The notes beneath the pieces were generated by a model, which saw only the letters and a list, made by a program, of their open reading frames with translations, ran no database searches and had not been told where the DNA came from. From contig CACFYN010000004.1 of assembly GCA_902570525.1 (NCBI GenBank), positions 2,664 to 66,663 of the forward strand: a stretch of DNA of 64,000 nucleotides, read 5' to 3'. Origin of the DNA: an uncultured Pelagibacteraceae bacterium. Lineage in GTDB: Bacteria > Pseudomonadota > Alphaproteobacteria > Pelagibacterales > Pelagibacteraceae. Positions 37,817 through 51,739 of this stretch are shown piece by piece. A program made the translations under genes and the position numbers. Numbering within the stretch: the first letter of the stretch is position 1; every line of letters starts with the position of its first letter.

Positions 37817-38920
37817 ATGGTAGATGATTTTAGAGGCAGAGGTGGTAGCCCTTGGGGAAGTCCCCCGGGAGGAGGAGGAGGAGGAAATGGTTCCGGAAGA
37901 AAAGGTCCAACTCCACCTGATATTGACGAAATCATAAGAAATATTCAAGATAAGATAAACAAATTTATGCCTGGCGGTGCTGCTAAAGGCGGTAAACCAA
38001 TAATCTTTGGTCTTATAATTTTATTAGTTATTTGGTCCCTAAGTGGTCTATACAGAGTTCTACCTGATGAACAGGGTGTAGTTTTAAGATTTGGAAAATT
38101 TGTTAAAACTACTCAACCGGGTTTAAATTATCATATTCCTTTTCCTATTGAGAGTGTACTTACACCCAAAGTAACTAAAGTAAATAGAATTGATATTGGT
38201 TTTAGGTCTGAAAGAGACAGTGGATTTACCTCTTCAGCTGTAGCTGATGTTCCAGAGGAAAGTCTAATGTTAACTGGTGATGAGAACATTGTTAACATAG
38301 ATTTTTCTGTATTTTGGGTAATAAAAGATGCGGGTAACTTTTTATTTAAAATTCAAGATCCAGAGGGAACTGTAAAGGCAGCGGCTGAAACAGCAATGAG
38401 AGAAGTTATAGCTAGAAGTAATATTCAACCTATATTAACTGAGGGTAGATCAAAAATTGAGATTGATACTCAAGAAATTATTCAATCTATATTAGACGAG
38501 TACACAAGCGGAATCCAAGTTACACAAGTTCAAACACAAAAAGCCGACCCACCTGACCAAGTTATCGATGCATTTAGAGATGTTCAGGCAGCTAGAGCTG
38601 ACATGGAAAGGTCTAAAAATGAGGCTGAAGCTTACGCTAACGATGTTATACCAAGAGCACGAGGAGAAGCGGCAAAAATATTACAAGCAGCAGAAGCATA
38701 CAAAAAAGAAGTTGTTGCAAGAGCTGAAGGTGAAGCAAGTAGATTTTTAGCAATATTTAACGAATATAAAAACGCAAAACAAGTTACTCAAGAAAGAATG
38801 TATTTAGAAACAATGGAGAAAGTTTTAGCAGACATTGATAAAGTAATAATTGATAAGGAAGCTGGATCTGGTGTAGTTCCATATCTACCACTTCCAGAAT
38901 TAAAAAAGGCGACAAATTAA
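37817..38920 (+). CDS. hflK: FtsH protease modulator HflK
   Basis: Gly-rich N-terminus, 'PPDIDE', SPFH domain, 'RMYLETME'. Confidence 0.96.
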   Translation: MVDDFRGRGGSPWGSPPGGGGGGNGSGRKGPTPPDIDEIIRNIQDKINKFMPGGAAKGGKPIIFGLIILLVIWSLSGLYRVLPDEQGVVLRFGKFVKTTQPGLNYHIPFPIESVLTPKVTKVNRIDIGFRSERDSGFTSSAVADVPEESLMLTGDENIVNIDFSVFWVIKDAGNFLFKIQDPEGTVKAAAETAMREVIARSNIQPILTEGRSKIEIDTQEIIQSILDEYTSGIQVTQVQTQKADPPDQVIDAFRDVQAARADMERSKNEAEAYANDVIPRARGEAAKILQAAEAYKKEVVARAEGEASRFLAIFNEYKNAKQVTQERMYLETMEKVLADIDKVIIDKEAGSGVVPYLPLPELKKATN

Positions 38921-38921
38921 T

Positions 38922-39788
38922 ATGAAAAAAATAATATTACCAATAATTGCTGTAATTGCTGCAACAGCTTTCTTTTCTATTTTTATAGTAAAAGAAGTAA
39001 ATCAAGCAATAGTTCTACAATTTGGTGACCCAAAAAGAATTATTACAAAACCTGGTTTAAACTTTAAACTTCCTTTTATCCAGAACGTAGTTTTTCTTGA
39101 TAAAAGAATATTAAATTTGGATGCTCCACCAGAGGAAGTAATTGCATCAGACCAAAAAAGATTAATTGTAGATGCATTCGCAAGATTTCAAATCATTGAT
39201 CCTTTAAAATTTTATATTTCAGTTGGAAACGAGAGAGTAGCAAGATCTAGATTATCAACTATCATAAATTCTAGAATAAGAAGTGTACTAGGTACACAAA
39301 GACTTCAAACTTTATTATCAGAGGATAGAACAAAACAGATGGCGTTAATTCAAGATGGAGTTAATAATGAAGCTGAAAAATTTGGCATCAAGATTATCGA
39401 TGTTAGAATTAAAAGAGCAGATCTTCCACAAGCAAACAGTGATGCTATTTTTGCAAGAATGCAAACCGAAAGAAACAGAGAAGCAAAAGAATTTAGAGCG
39501 AAAGGTGCCGAGATGGCAGTAACAATTACCTCAACAGCTGACAAAGAAGTTACAGTAATATTAGCAGATGCACAAAAAAAATCCGAAATTATGAAGGGTG
39601 AGGGCGATGGTCAAAGAAACAAAATTTTTGCAGATGCATTTGGTCAAGATCCAGACTTCTTTGCTTTCTATAGAGCAATGCAAGCTTATGAAAAAGCTCT
39701 TATAGGAGGAGAAACTTCTTTAGTATTATCTCCAGACAGTGAATTTTTTAAATTTTTTGGAAACGTAAAATCTAAAACAGCTCCATAA
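38922..39788 (+). CDS. hflC: FtsH protease modulator HflC
   Basis: 'DVRIKRADLP', 'DPDFFAFYR', 'LSPDSEFF'. Confidence 0.96.
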   Translation: MKKIILPIIAVIAATAFFSIFIVKEVNQAIVLQFGDPKRIITKPGLNFKLPFIQNVVFLDKRILNLDAPPEEVIASDQKRLIVDAFARFQIIDPLKFYISVGNERVARSRLSTIINSRIRSVLGTQRLQTLLSEDRTKQMALIQDGVNNEAEKFGIKIIDVRIKRADLPQANSDAIFARMQTERNREAKEFRAKGAEMAVTITSTADKEVTVILADAQKKSEIMKGEGDGQRNKIFADAFGQDPDFFAFYRAMQAYEKALIGGETSLVLSPDSEFFKFFGNVKSKTAP

Positions 39789-39795
39789 TTATTTC

Positions 39796-39981
39796 ATGAA
39801 TGAATTGATCATTGCTTTTGGTCTATTCTTATTTATCGAAGGCATTTTATATGCCATATTTCCATCAAAAATGAAAAATATGCTAAAAAAAATAGACATT
39901 TTAAAAATATCTCAGATAAGGTTTTCAGGTCTAACATTTGCAATTATCGGATTTATAATTGTATGGTACTTTAAAACATAA
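39796..39981 (+). CDS. DUF2065 (YjeT-like) small membrane protein
   Basis: 'GLFLFIEGILYAIFP'; usual position after hflC. Confidence 0.85.
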   Translation: MNELIIAFGLFLFIEGILYAIFPSKMKNMLKKIDILKISQIRFSGLTFAIIGFIIVWYFKT

Positions 39982-39982
39982 G

Positions 39983-41386
39983 ATGAAAAATATATTTTTT
40001 AAAATAGCATTATTTTTTGTTATAACTTTTGGCTTTACCTTCGGTGTTAAAGCCCAAAATGCACCAAATTCATTCGCAGATTTAGCAGAAAAGCTAATGC
40101 CATCTGTTGTAAATATTTCAACAACCCAAACAGTTGTATCGAGATCAAATCCTTTTCCTTTTGAATTCCCTCCAGGATCACCTTTTGAGGATATGTTTAA
40201 AGAATTTGGAACTCCACAAGAAAGAAAAGCGAGCGCTCTTGGATCAGGTTTCATAATTGATGAAAAAGGTCTTGTTATTACAAACAATCACGTAATAAAA
40301 GGTGCAGAAGATATATTAGTTAGATTTAATGATGATAAAGAATATAGCGCTAAAATAATTGGTTCAGATCCATTATCAGATATTGCTGTATTACAAATTA
40401 ATTCTGACGATAGATTTACTCCAGTAAAATTTGGAAATTCAGATAAAGCAAGAATAGGAGATTGGGTAATAGCAATAGGTAATCCTTTCGGTTTAGGAGG
40501 CACTGTTACGGCTGGCATTATATCTGCAAGAAATAGAAGTATAGGTCTAACTAGATACGAAGACTATATTCAAACTGATGCTTCAATCAATCAAGGTAAT
40601 TCTGGAGGACCATTGTTTGATATGGACGGAAACGTCATTGGAATTAATACTGCAATATTAGGACAGTCTGGCTCAATAGGAATTGGGTTTGCAATTCCAT
40701 CAAATAGTGCTGAATTAGTTATTGATCAATTAATCGAATTTGGAGAAACAAAAAGAGGTTGGCTAGGAGTAAGAATTCAGCAAGTTACGAAAGAAATTGC
40801 AGAAGCCGAACAATTAGGAAAACCAAGAGGTGCACTAGTATCAAGTGTTTCAGATGGTAGCCCGTCAGATAAAGGTGGTGTTAAAGCAGGGGATATAATT
40901 TTAGAATTCGATGGAAAAAAAATAAACGAAATGAAAGAACTTCCGATGATAGTAGCTCAAACAAAAGTCGGAAAGATTGTAAATGTTAAAATATGGAGAA
41001 ATAAGAAACTAATTAATAAAAAAATTACGTTAGGAAGATTAGAAACATCTGAAGATTTTAAAGAAACAAAACCAAAACTAGTAAAATCTTCTAGAATTGA
41101 AAATCTTAAAATTGAAGTCAGACCATTAAAGAAGGAAGATATAAGTAACAGAGGATTACCATCAAATACTAACGGTGTTGTAATTACAAAAATTGATAAT
41201 GATAGTCCATTAGCAAATTTAGCGATAAATAATATAATAATAGAAGCACAAAAAAGAAAAATTAAAACACCTGGAGATCTTGATAATATTATGAAGTCTG
41301 CTGTGATGGCAAAAAACAAATCTATTGTTATCGTAATTTACAATAATCAAAATCAAAAGAGTTATATCGGCGTCAAACTAGACTAG
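39983..41386 (+). CDS. degP: Periplasmic serine endoprotease Do/DegP/DegQ
   Basis: Signal peptide, 'TNNHV', 'INQGNSGGP', two PDZ domains; ATG at 39983. Confidence 0.93.
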   Translation: MKNIFFKIALFFVITFGFTFGVKAQNAPNSFADLAEKLMPSVVNISTTQTVVSRSNPFPFEFPPGSPFEDMFKEFGTPQERKASALGSGFIIDEKGLVITNNHVIKGAEDILVRFNDDKEYSAKIIGSDPLSDIAVLQINSDDRFTPVKFGNSDKARIGDWVIAIGNPFGLGGTVTAGIISARNRSIGLTRYEDYIQTDASINQGNSGGPLFDMDGNVIGINTAILGQSGSIGIGFAIPSNSAELVIDQLIEFGETKRGWLGVRIQQVTKEIAEAEQLGKPRGALVSSVSDGSPSDKGGVKAGDIILEFDGKKINEMKELPMIVAQTKVGKIVNVKIWRNKKLINKKITLGRLETSEDFKETKPKLVKSSRIENLKIEVRPLKKEDISNRGLPSNTNGVVITKIDNDSPLANLAINNIIIEAQKRKIKTPGDLDNIMKSAVMAKNKSIVIVIYNNQNQKSYIGVKLD

Positions 41387-41389
41387 GGT

Positions 41390-42325
41390 ATGGACAAAAA
41401 GTCCAAAATAATTTTAATTTCTGGACCAACCGCATCTGGAAAATCAAATTTTGCAATCAAACTTGCAAAAAAAGTAGATGGAGAAATTATCAATACTGAC
41501 AGTATGCAGATTTATAAAGAAATTAAAATTCTAAATGCTCGTCCAAAAATAAAAGAAACCAAAAATATTAAACATTATCTATATGGGTTTCATAGTGTTA
41601 AAAAAAATTTTTCTACTGGAGATTGGTTAAAAAAAACACTTAAATTAATCAAACAGATACATAATAAAAACAAAATCCCGATTTTAGTTGGTGGAACAGG
41701 ATTATATTTTAGAGCTATTATTAATGGGTTAGTAAAAATCCCTTTGATCCCAAAAAAATATAGAAATCAAATTAGAAATAACCATAGAAAAATTGGTCAA
41801 AAGAAATTTTATAATAATTTAATAAAATTGGATCCATTAGTAATATCAAAAATAAATCCAAATGATGTGCACAGATCTTTGAGAGCATACGAGGTGAAGA
41901 AATATACGAAGATTTCTTTATATGAATGGTTTGAAAAAACGAAAAAAAACTTTGATGAAAATGATTTTTTAAAAATTTATATTGATTGTCCTAGAGATGA
42001 TTTAATTAAAAGGATAAATACAAGGGTGAACAAAATGATCTCATTAGGTGCAGTTAATGAAGTGAAAAAATTTAGATATCTTAAAATCAGGAAAGATAAG
42101 ACATCAAATAAAGTAATAGGCATATCCGAAATATGTAAATTTTTGGATGGAGATCAAAATATTGATATAACTAAAGAGCAAATTTCAATAAAAACAAGAC
42201 AATATGCTAAAAGACAAAGAACATGGGCAAGAAATCAAATGATCGATTGGGAAAAAGTTGATTATAAAAAGCTTAGTTCGTTCCTAAAAAAAATCAAAAT
42301 ATCCTCTCTTAAACTTGACCAATAA
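41390..42325 (+). CDS. miaA: tRNA dimethylallyltransferase
   Basis: 'GPTASGKS', 'DSMQIY', 'GGTGLY', 'TRQYAKRQ'. Confidence 0.96.
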   Translation: MDKKSKIILISGPTASGKSNFAIKLAKKVDGEIINTDSMQIYKEIKILNARPKIKETKNIKHYLYGFHSVKKNFSTGDWLKKTLKLIKQIHNKNKIPILVGGTGLYFRAIINGLVKIPLIPKKYRNQIRNNHRKIGQKKFYNNLIKLDPLVISKINPNDVHRSLRAYEVKKYTKISLYEWFEKTKKNFDENDFLKIYIDCPRDDLIKRINTRVNKMISLGAVNEVKKFRYLKIRKDKTSNKVIGISEICKFLDGDQNIDITKEQISIKTRQYAKRQRTWARNQMIDWEKVDYKKLSSFLKKIKISSLKLDQ

Positions 42326-42350
42326 GCACAACTTCAGCTAGATTGGTTAA

Positions 42351-44117
42351 ATGGCAAAATTATCAACCGGCGCTGAAATTGTATTTAAATGCTTGGAAGA
42401 TCAAAATGTAGAATTTATTTTTGGTTATCCAGGTGGTGCTGTATTGCCAATTTATGATGAGTTAAAAAATCATTCATCAATAAAACATATTTTAGTAAGA
42501 CATGAACAAGGCGCAGGTCATGCTGCAGAAGGATACGCAAGATCATCAGGTAAACCTGGTGTAGTTCTAGTAACATCAGGCCCAGGAGCTACCAATGTGG
42601 TTACTGCGCTCACAGACGCTTATATGGATTCTATACCACTAGTTTGTATTTCTGGACAAGTTCCAACTCATTTAATTGGAACTGATGCTTTCCAAGAATG
42701 TGACACGACCGGTATAACAAGACCATGCACAAAACATAACTGGTTGGTAAAAGACATTAAAGATTTATCTAAAATCATTCATGAAGCTTTTGAAGTAGCA
42801 ACAACTGGAAGACCAGGACCTGTATTAGTTGATATTCCAAAGGATATCCAATTTCAAAAAGCTGCTTATACAAAACCAAAAAAAGAGAAAAAACTAAATG
42901 GTAAACATCATAAGAGATTTAATCAAAAAGATATTGATGAGTTGATTAAACTAATGTCAAAGGCTAACAAACCAATTTTTTACACAGGTGGTGGAGTAAT
43001 TAACTCTGGACCTAAAGCTAGCATGTTACTAAGAGAGTTAGTTCAAGCAACGGGTTTTCCTATAACTTCAACTTTGCAAGGATTAGGATCATTCCCTGGA
43101 GATGATAATTCTTTTTTAGGCATGCTTGGGATGCACGGAACATATGAAGCAAACAATGCTATGCATGATTGTGATCTAATGATTAATATTGGGGCAAGAT
43201 TTGATGATCGTATAACTGGAAAAATCGATGAATTCTCACCGAAGTCTAAAAAAGTTCATATCGATATTGACCCATCGTCAATTAATAAAAATGTTAAAGT
43301 CGATTTACCAATTGTTGGCGATGTCCAAGATGTTATTTCATCTACTATAAAAACTATTAAAAAAACTAAACCTAATTTTGCAAATTCTAATAAGCAAAAA
43401 ATTTCTAAATGGTGGGAAACAATACAAAAATGGAGAGAAAAAAAATCTTTAGATTATGTTAATAGTACGGAAACCATTAAACCTCAGTATGCGGTCCAAA
43501 GACTGTATGAACTAACAAAAAATAAGGATACTTACATTACAACTGAGGTAGGCCAACACCAAATGTGGGCAGCTCAACATTATAAATTTGATAAACCCAA
43601 TAGATGGATGACCTCTGGAGGACTTGGAACTATGGGATATGGTTTGCCTGCTGCAGTAGGTGTCCAAATTGCTCATCCAAAAAAATTAGTAATTGATATA
43701 GCTGGTGAAGCATCAGTACTTATGACAATGCAAGAAATGTCAACTGCTGTACAATATAACCTTCCAATTAAAATATTTATTTTAAATAATGAATACATGG
43801 GAATGGTAAGGCAGTGGCAGGAATTGCTACATGATAAAAATTACTCCGAAAGTTATACAGCAGCATTACCTGACTTTGTTAAATTAGCGGAGGCTTATGG
43901 ATGTGTAGGAATAAGAGCCACCAATCCAAGCGAATTAGACGATAAAATCATAGAAATGTTAAATACAGATAGGCCAGTTATCTTTGACTGCTTAGTAGAT
44001 AAACAAGAAAATTGTTTCCCAATGATTCCCTCTGGTAAGCCACACAATCAAATGTTACTAGGCCCTAAAGATCAAGAGCAAAACAAAATAACCGGAAAAG
44101 GTAAAACTTTAGTTTAA
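42351..44117 (+). CDS. ilvI: Acetolactate synthase large subunit
   Basis: 'FGYPGGAVLP', 'RHEQGAGH', 'TSGGLGTMGYG', 'GMVRQWQ'. Confidence 0.95.
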   Translation: MAKLSTGAEIVFKCLEDQNVEFIFGYPGGAVLPIYDELKNHSSIKHILVRHEQGAGHAAEGYARSSGKPGVVLVTSGPGATNVVTALTDAYMDSIPLVCISGQVPTHLIGTDAFQECDTTGITRPCTKHNWLVKDIKDLSKIIHEAFEVATTGRPGPVLVDIPKDIQFQKAAYTKPKKEKKLNGKHHKRFNQKDIDELIKLMSKANKPIFYTGGGVINSGPKASMLLRELVQATGFPITSTLQGLGSFPGDDNSFLGMLGMHGTYEANNAMHDCDLMINIGARFDDRITGKIDEFSPKSKKVHIDIDPSSINKNVKVDLPIVGDVQDVISSTIKTIKKTKPNFANSNKQKISKWWETIQKWREKKSLDYVNSTETIKPQYAVQRLYELTKNKDTYITTEVGQHQMWAAQHYKFDKPNRWMTSGGLGTMGYGLPAAVGVQIAHPKKLVIDIAGEASVLMTMQEMSTAVQYNLPIKIFILNNEYMGMVRQWQELLHDKNYSESYTAALPDFVKLAEAYGCVGIRATNPSELDDKIIEMLNTDRPVIFDCLVDKQENCFPMIPSGKPHNQMLLGPKDQEQNKITGKGKTLV

Positions 44118-44119
44118 TA

Positions 44120-45698
<1,579 letters not shown>

Positions 45699-45735
45699 TT
45701 ATTGTTACAAATTGGGTTGGAATAATTCTTTTATT

Positions 45736-45763
45736 TTGCAATCTATACGAGAGGTTGTATTAT
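45736..45763 (+). promoter_or_regulatory. Putative sigma70 promoter of leuA
   Basis: TTGCAA (45736-45741) - 16 bp - TATTAT (45758-45763). Confidence 0.4.
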
Positions 45764-45786
45764 TCACAAGTTAATTTTTATAAAAT

Positions 45787-48403
<2,617 letters not shown>

Positions 48404-48412
48404 TTTGAAGAA

Positions 48413-49261
48413 ATGCAAGCTGGCAGAGATGACTTTGTAATTGCTATTCGTTCCGCTTTTTTAAAAAAAGAGAACAAACAAAAATTTTCATTATTAGCTT
48501 TAATATTTTTAACATTTATAATAATTCTTTCCGAAAAGTTTAATTTTAAGCCGATTGATTATCTAAAAATTTCACTTAGAGAAGTAGCTTATAGATCAAG
48601 TTTTATAGTATCAGCTCCTGAAAATTTTATTAAAGGAGCTTATGTTGCAACTAAAAATCATTTTAGTGTTTACGAAGAAAATAAAGAATTAAAAGAAAAA
48701 TTGAATTTTGAATTATCCAAAAACTATAATTCAGAATATATTTTAGAAGAAAATAAAAGACTTAGATCTACAATAGACGAAACTACTTTTCAAACATCAG
48801 AAATAATTGGTAAAGTCCTTGTTGACAAAAAAAGTCCATTTTTAAGATCTGTAATTATTAACAGAGGTAGCAAAGATGGGGTTGAGTTGGGAATGGCTGT
48901 GATGGATAAGAGTTATTTAATAGGAAAAGTTGTTGAGGTTTCTTTTACTACATCAAGAGTTTTACTTTTATCTGATTTAAATAGTAAAGTTCCAGTTGAT
49001 ATTATGCCAAATGATATCCAATCTATTTTATCAGGCACGGGCGGCGACGAAGGTGTCATCCAATACACCAGACAACAAGAACTAATTGAAAAGGATGCTA
49101 TTGTATTTACATCTGGGGCGGGCGGTTTATTCAAATCTGGAATTCCAATAGGAAAAATTGCTACAGATCCTTCAAATTTAAAAACGGTAGTAAGTTTTTT
49201 TTCTGATTTTTCTCAGCTTCGATACGTAAAAATAATTTCATTTAAAAAGGAAACTGAATAA
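48413..49261 (+). CDS. mreC: Rod shape-determining protein MreC
   Basis: TM helix, coiled coil 'EENKRLR', 'TSGAGGLFKSGIPIG'. Confidence 0.92.
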   Translation: MQAGRDDFVIAIRSAFLKKENKQKFSLLALIFLTFIIILSEKFNFKPIDYLKISLREVAYRSSFIVSAPENFIKGAYVATKNHFSVYEENKELKEKLNFELSKNYNSEYILEENKRLRSTIDETTFQTSEIIGKVLVDKKSPFLRSVIINRGSKDGVELGMAVMDKSYLIGKVVEVSFTTSRVLLLSDLNSKVPVDIMPNDIQSILSGTGGDEGVIQYTRQQELIEKDAIVFTSGAGGLFKSGIPIGKIATDPSNLKTVVSFFSDFSQLRYVKIISFKKETE

Positions 49262-49779
49262 TGGGAGAGATAAGTAAATTTAGTAATTTTAAAAAATTCT
49301 TAGAAAAAGGCCCAATTATCCTTTTAATAGTCTCAGTTTTGAATGAATTTGATTTTAATTATTTAAATTTAAAGTACTTTTCATTCAATTTTCCTTTTAT
49401 TTTAATTTATTATTGGAGCTTAAAAAGATCCGGAAGTTTGGGTTATGGATTAATATTTTTAAGCGGTTTGTTAAATGATGTAGTAACTGGTTTACCTATA
49501 GGCGTCAGTTCTCTTGCTTACTTACTTATCTGTGTTTTTTCTTCATATCTTAGAAATATAACATTAAGGCCTAGCGCTATAAAAGATTGGTTCTTCTTTG
49601 GTCTTGCTATTTTAGTTGTAAATTCTCTAATTTATTTAATTGTTGGCTTAGTATTTGACGTAGAATTAGAATATTACAGTATATTGGTTAACATACTTTT
49701 CACTTTTTTATTTTATATTATTTTTAGTGGATTGTTTGATTATTATCAAAAAGTAATCTTTGGTGGCCAGAATGTTTAG
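49261..49779 (+). CDS. mreD: Rod shape-determining protein MreD
   Basis: Hydrophobic, 'GLLNDVVTGLPIG'; between mreC and mrdA. Confidence 0.88.
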   Translation: MGEISKFSNFKKFLEKGPIILLIVSVLNEFDFNYLNLKYFSFNFPFILIYYWSLKRSGSLGYGLIFLSGLLNDVVTGLPIGVSSLAYLLICVFSSYLRNITLRPSAIKDWFFFGLAILVVNSLIYLIVGLVFDVELEYYSILVNILFTFLFYIIFSGLFDYYQKVIFGGQNV

Positions 49780-51739
49780 TGGTGATGACTCAAATGTACG
49801 AAAATTTAATACTATAAATAGAAGAGTCTTTATTCTATCTTTAGCAAAAGGAATTGTATTTACAGGAATATTAGCAAGATTATTTACGCTTCAAATAAGT
49901 GAAAACAAAAAATATTTAACACTATCAGATAAAAATAGGCTTCGAGAGTGGAGGCTGCCACCAGTTCGAGGAGAGTTTAAAGATTATTTTGATAAAACAA
50001 TTGCCGGTAATATAGAAGTTTATCAATTACATGTCATCCCAGAACAAGTTGAAAACTTTAAATATTTGATGATCAGATTAAAAAATATTCTTCCTTTATC
50101 AAATAATGAATTTGCAAAAATCATTAAGAAAAAAAATCAACAAAAGCCTTGGGAAACACTTATTATTTCTGAAAATCTAACTTGGGATCAATTTTCCAAA
50201 GTAAATTTTTATTTACATGAGCTATCTGGTGCCAAACCTGTTCTATCTGTTGCAAGGAGTTATCCTTTTAAAGAAAATTATACTCATGTTTTAGGATATG
50301 TTGCTCAAGCTAGCGAAAACGATTTATTAAATAATGAAAACATAAAAAATAAACATGTTCCTGGACTAAGAGTTGGAAAAACAGGTTTAGAGAAATCTTT
50401 TGAAAATGATTTAATAGGCACTAACGGTGTTCAAAGATATGAAGTTAATGCATTTGGAAAAAGAATAAAACAAGTCAATTTCCAAAAAGGGAACAAAGGT
50501 AAAGAAATTAAACTTACTTTAGATACAGAAGTTCAAAAATTATGTAATGATTTGCTGGCTAATAAAGCTGGATCTATTAGTGTAATGGATATTTATTCTG
50601 GTGAAATTATTGCAATGCATTCCTCTCCTTCATTTGATCCAAATTTATTTTTATATGGAATAAGTTATAAAGATTGGGATGATATTAGAGATAATCCTGA
50701 CAAACCATTAATTAATAAAACTATTTCAGGACTATATTCACCCGGATCCACTATAAAACCAATTGTAGCTTTATCAGCTCTTGAAAATAATGTTATATCA
50801 CCGAACTTCAAGGTCAGGTGCACTGGAAAAATGGAAATGTATGGCCAAACATATCATTGTTGGAAAAAAAAAGGACATGGGGTTGTAGATCTTAGAGGTG
50901 CAATTATTCAATCCTGTGATACTTATTTTTATGAAATGTCCAGAAGGCTTGGAGTCGATAGGCTTAAAGTAACAGCTTCTAGATTTGGTCTTGGTAATAA
51001 AGTTTTTGACAATTTATATAAAGAGGAAAAAGGAGGATTATTTCCCTCTACAAGTTGGAAAAAAGCAAATCTTGGTCAAGGTTGGGTGCTAGGAGAAACT
51101 TTAATAACTGGAATTGGACAAGGTTATGTTCAAACAACCCCTCTTCAATTATGTTTAATGACTGCTCAATTAGCAAATGGTGGTTTTAAAATTTATCCAA
51201 CACTTGTTTCTAATAAAAATCAAGAAAGTCTTGAAAAAATTAAGTATAAGATGGCACAAAATCTTATTACTGAGGAAAAATACGATTCATCCATAATTAG
51301 GACAGCTGAAGAATTTTTTAATCCAGGAGAAAAAGATTATAAAAAACTTTTCAGAAATCAAGAAAATGTCAAATTTGTTTTAGAAGCTATGTTTGCATCT
51401 ACAAATCAATGGAATGGAACTTCATACAAATCAAGGATCGAGGATCCAAAGTATCAATTTGCAGGTAAAACTGGAACTGCACAGGTTAAGAAAATAACTG
51501 AAGAGCAAAGGGAATTAGATCTTGAGACATCCCAAATACCTTATGATGATAGAGATCATGCTTGGTTTGTTGCGTTTGGCCCTTATAAAAACCCTAGGTA
51601 CTCAATAAGTGTTTTTGTTGAGCATGGTGGATCAGGAAGTAAAGCAGCTGCACCGTTAGCTAAACAAGTAATTAAAAAAGTTATAGATAGACACGAGGAA
51701 AGAGAAAAAATTAGACGGAGAAATTTAGTTAATATATAA
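49772..51739 (+). CDS. mrdA: Penicillin-binding protein 2
   Basis: SxxK 'PGSTIK', 'SCD', 'GKTGT'; ATG at 49772. Confidence 0.95.
   Translation: MFSGDDSNVRKFNTINRRVFILSLAKGIVFTGILARLFTLQISENKKYLTLSDKNRLREWRLPPVRGEFKDYFDKTIAGNIEVYQLHVIPEQVENFKYLMIRLKNILPLSNNEFAKIIKKKNQQKPWETLIISENLTWDQFSKVNFYLHELSGAKPVLSVARSYPFKENYTHVLGYVAQASENDLLNNENIKNKHVPGLRVGKTGLEKSFENDLIGTNGVQRYEVNAFGKRIKQVNFQKGNKGKEIKLTLDTEVQKLCNDLLANKAGSISVMDIYSGEIIAMHSSPSFDPNLFLYGISYKDWDDIRDNPDKPLINKTISGLYSPGSTIKPIVALSALENNVISPNFKVRCTGKMEMYGQTYHCWKKKGHGVVDLRGAIIQSCDTYFYEMSRRLGVDRLKVTASRFGLGNKVFDNLYKEEKGGLFPSTSWKKANLGQGWVLGETLITGIGQGYVQTTPLQLCLMTAQLANGGFKIYPTLVSNKNQESLEKIKYKMAQNLITEEKYDSSIIRTAEEFFNPGEKDYKKLFRNQENVKFVLEAMFASTNQWNGTSYKSRIEDPKYQFAGKTGTAQVKKITEEQRELDLETSQIPYDDRDHAWFVAFGPYKNPRYSISVFVEHGGSGSKAAAPLAKQVIKKVIDRHEEREKIRRRNLVNI

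Noticed and set aside
37868-37885. GGA trinucleotide repeat
   Set aside because: Encodes the usual Gly-rich N-terminus of HflK.
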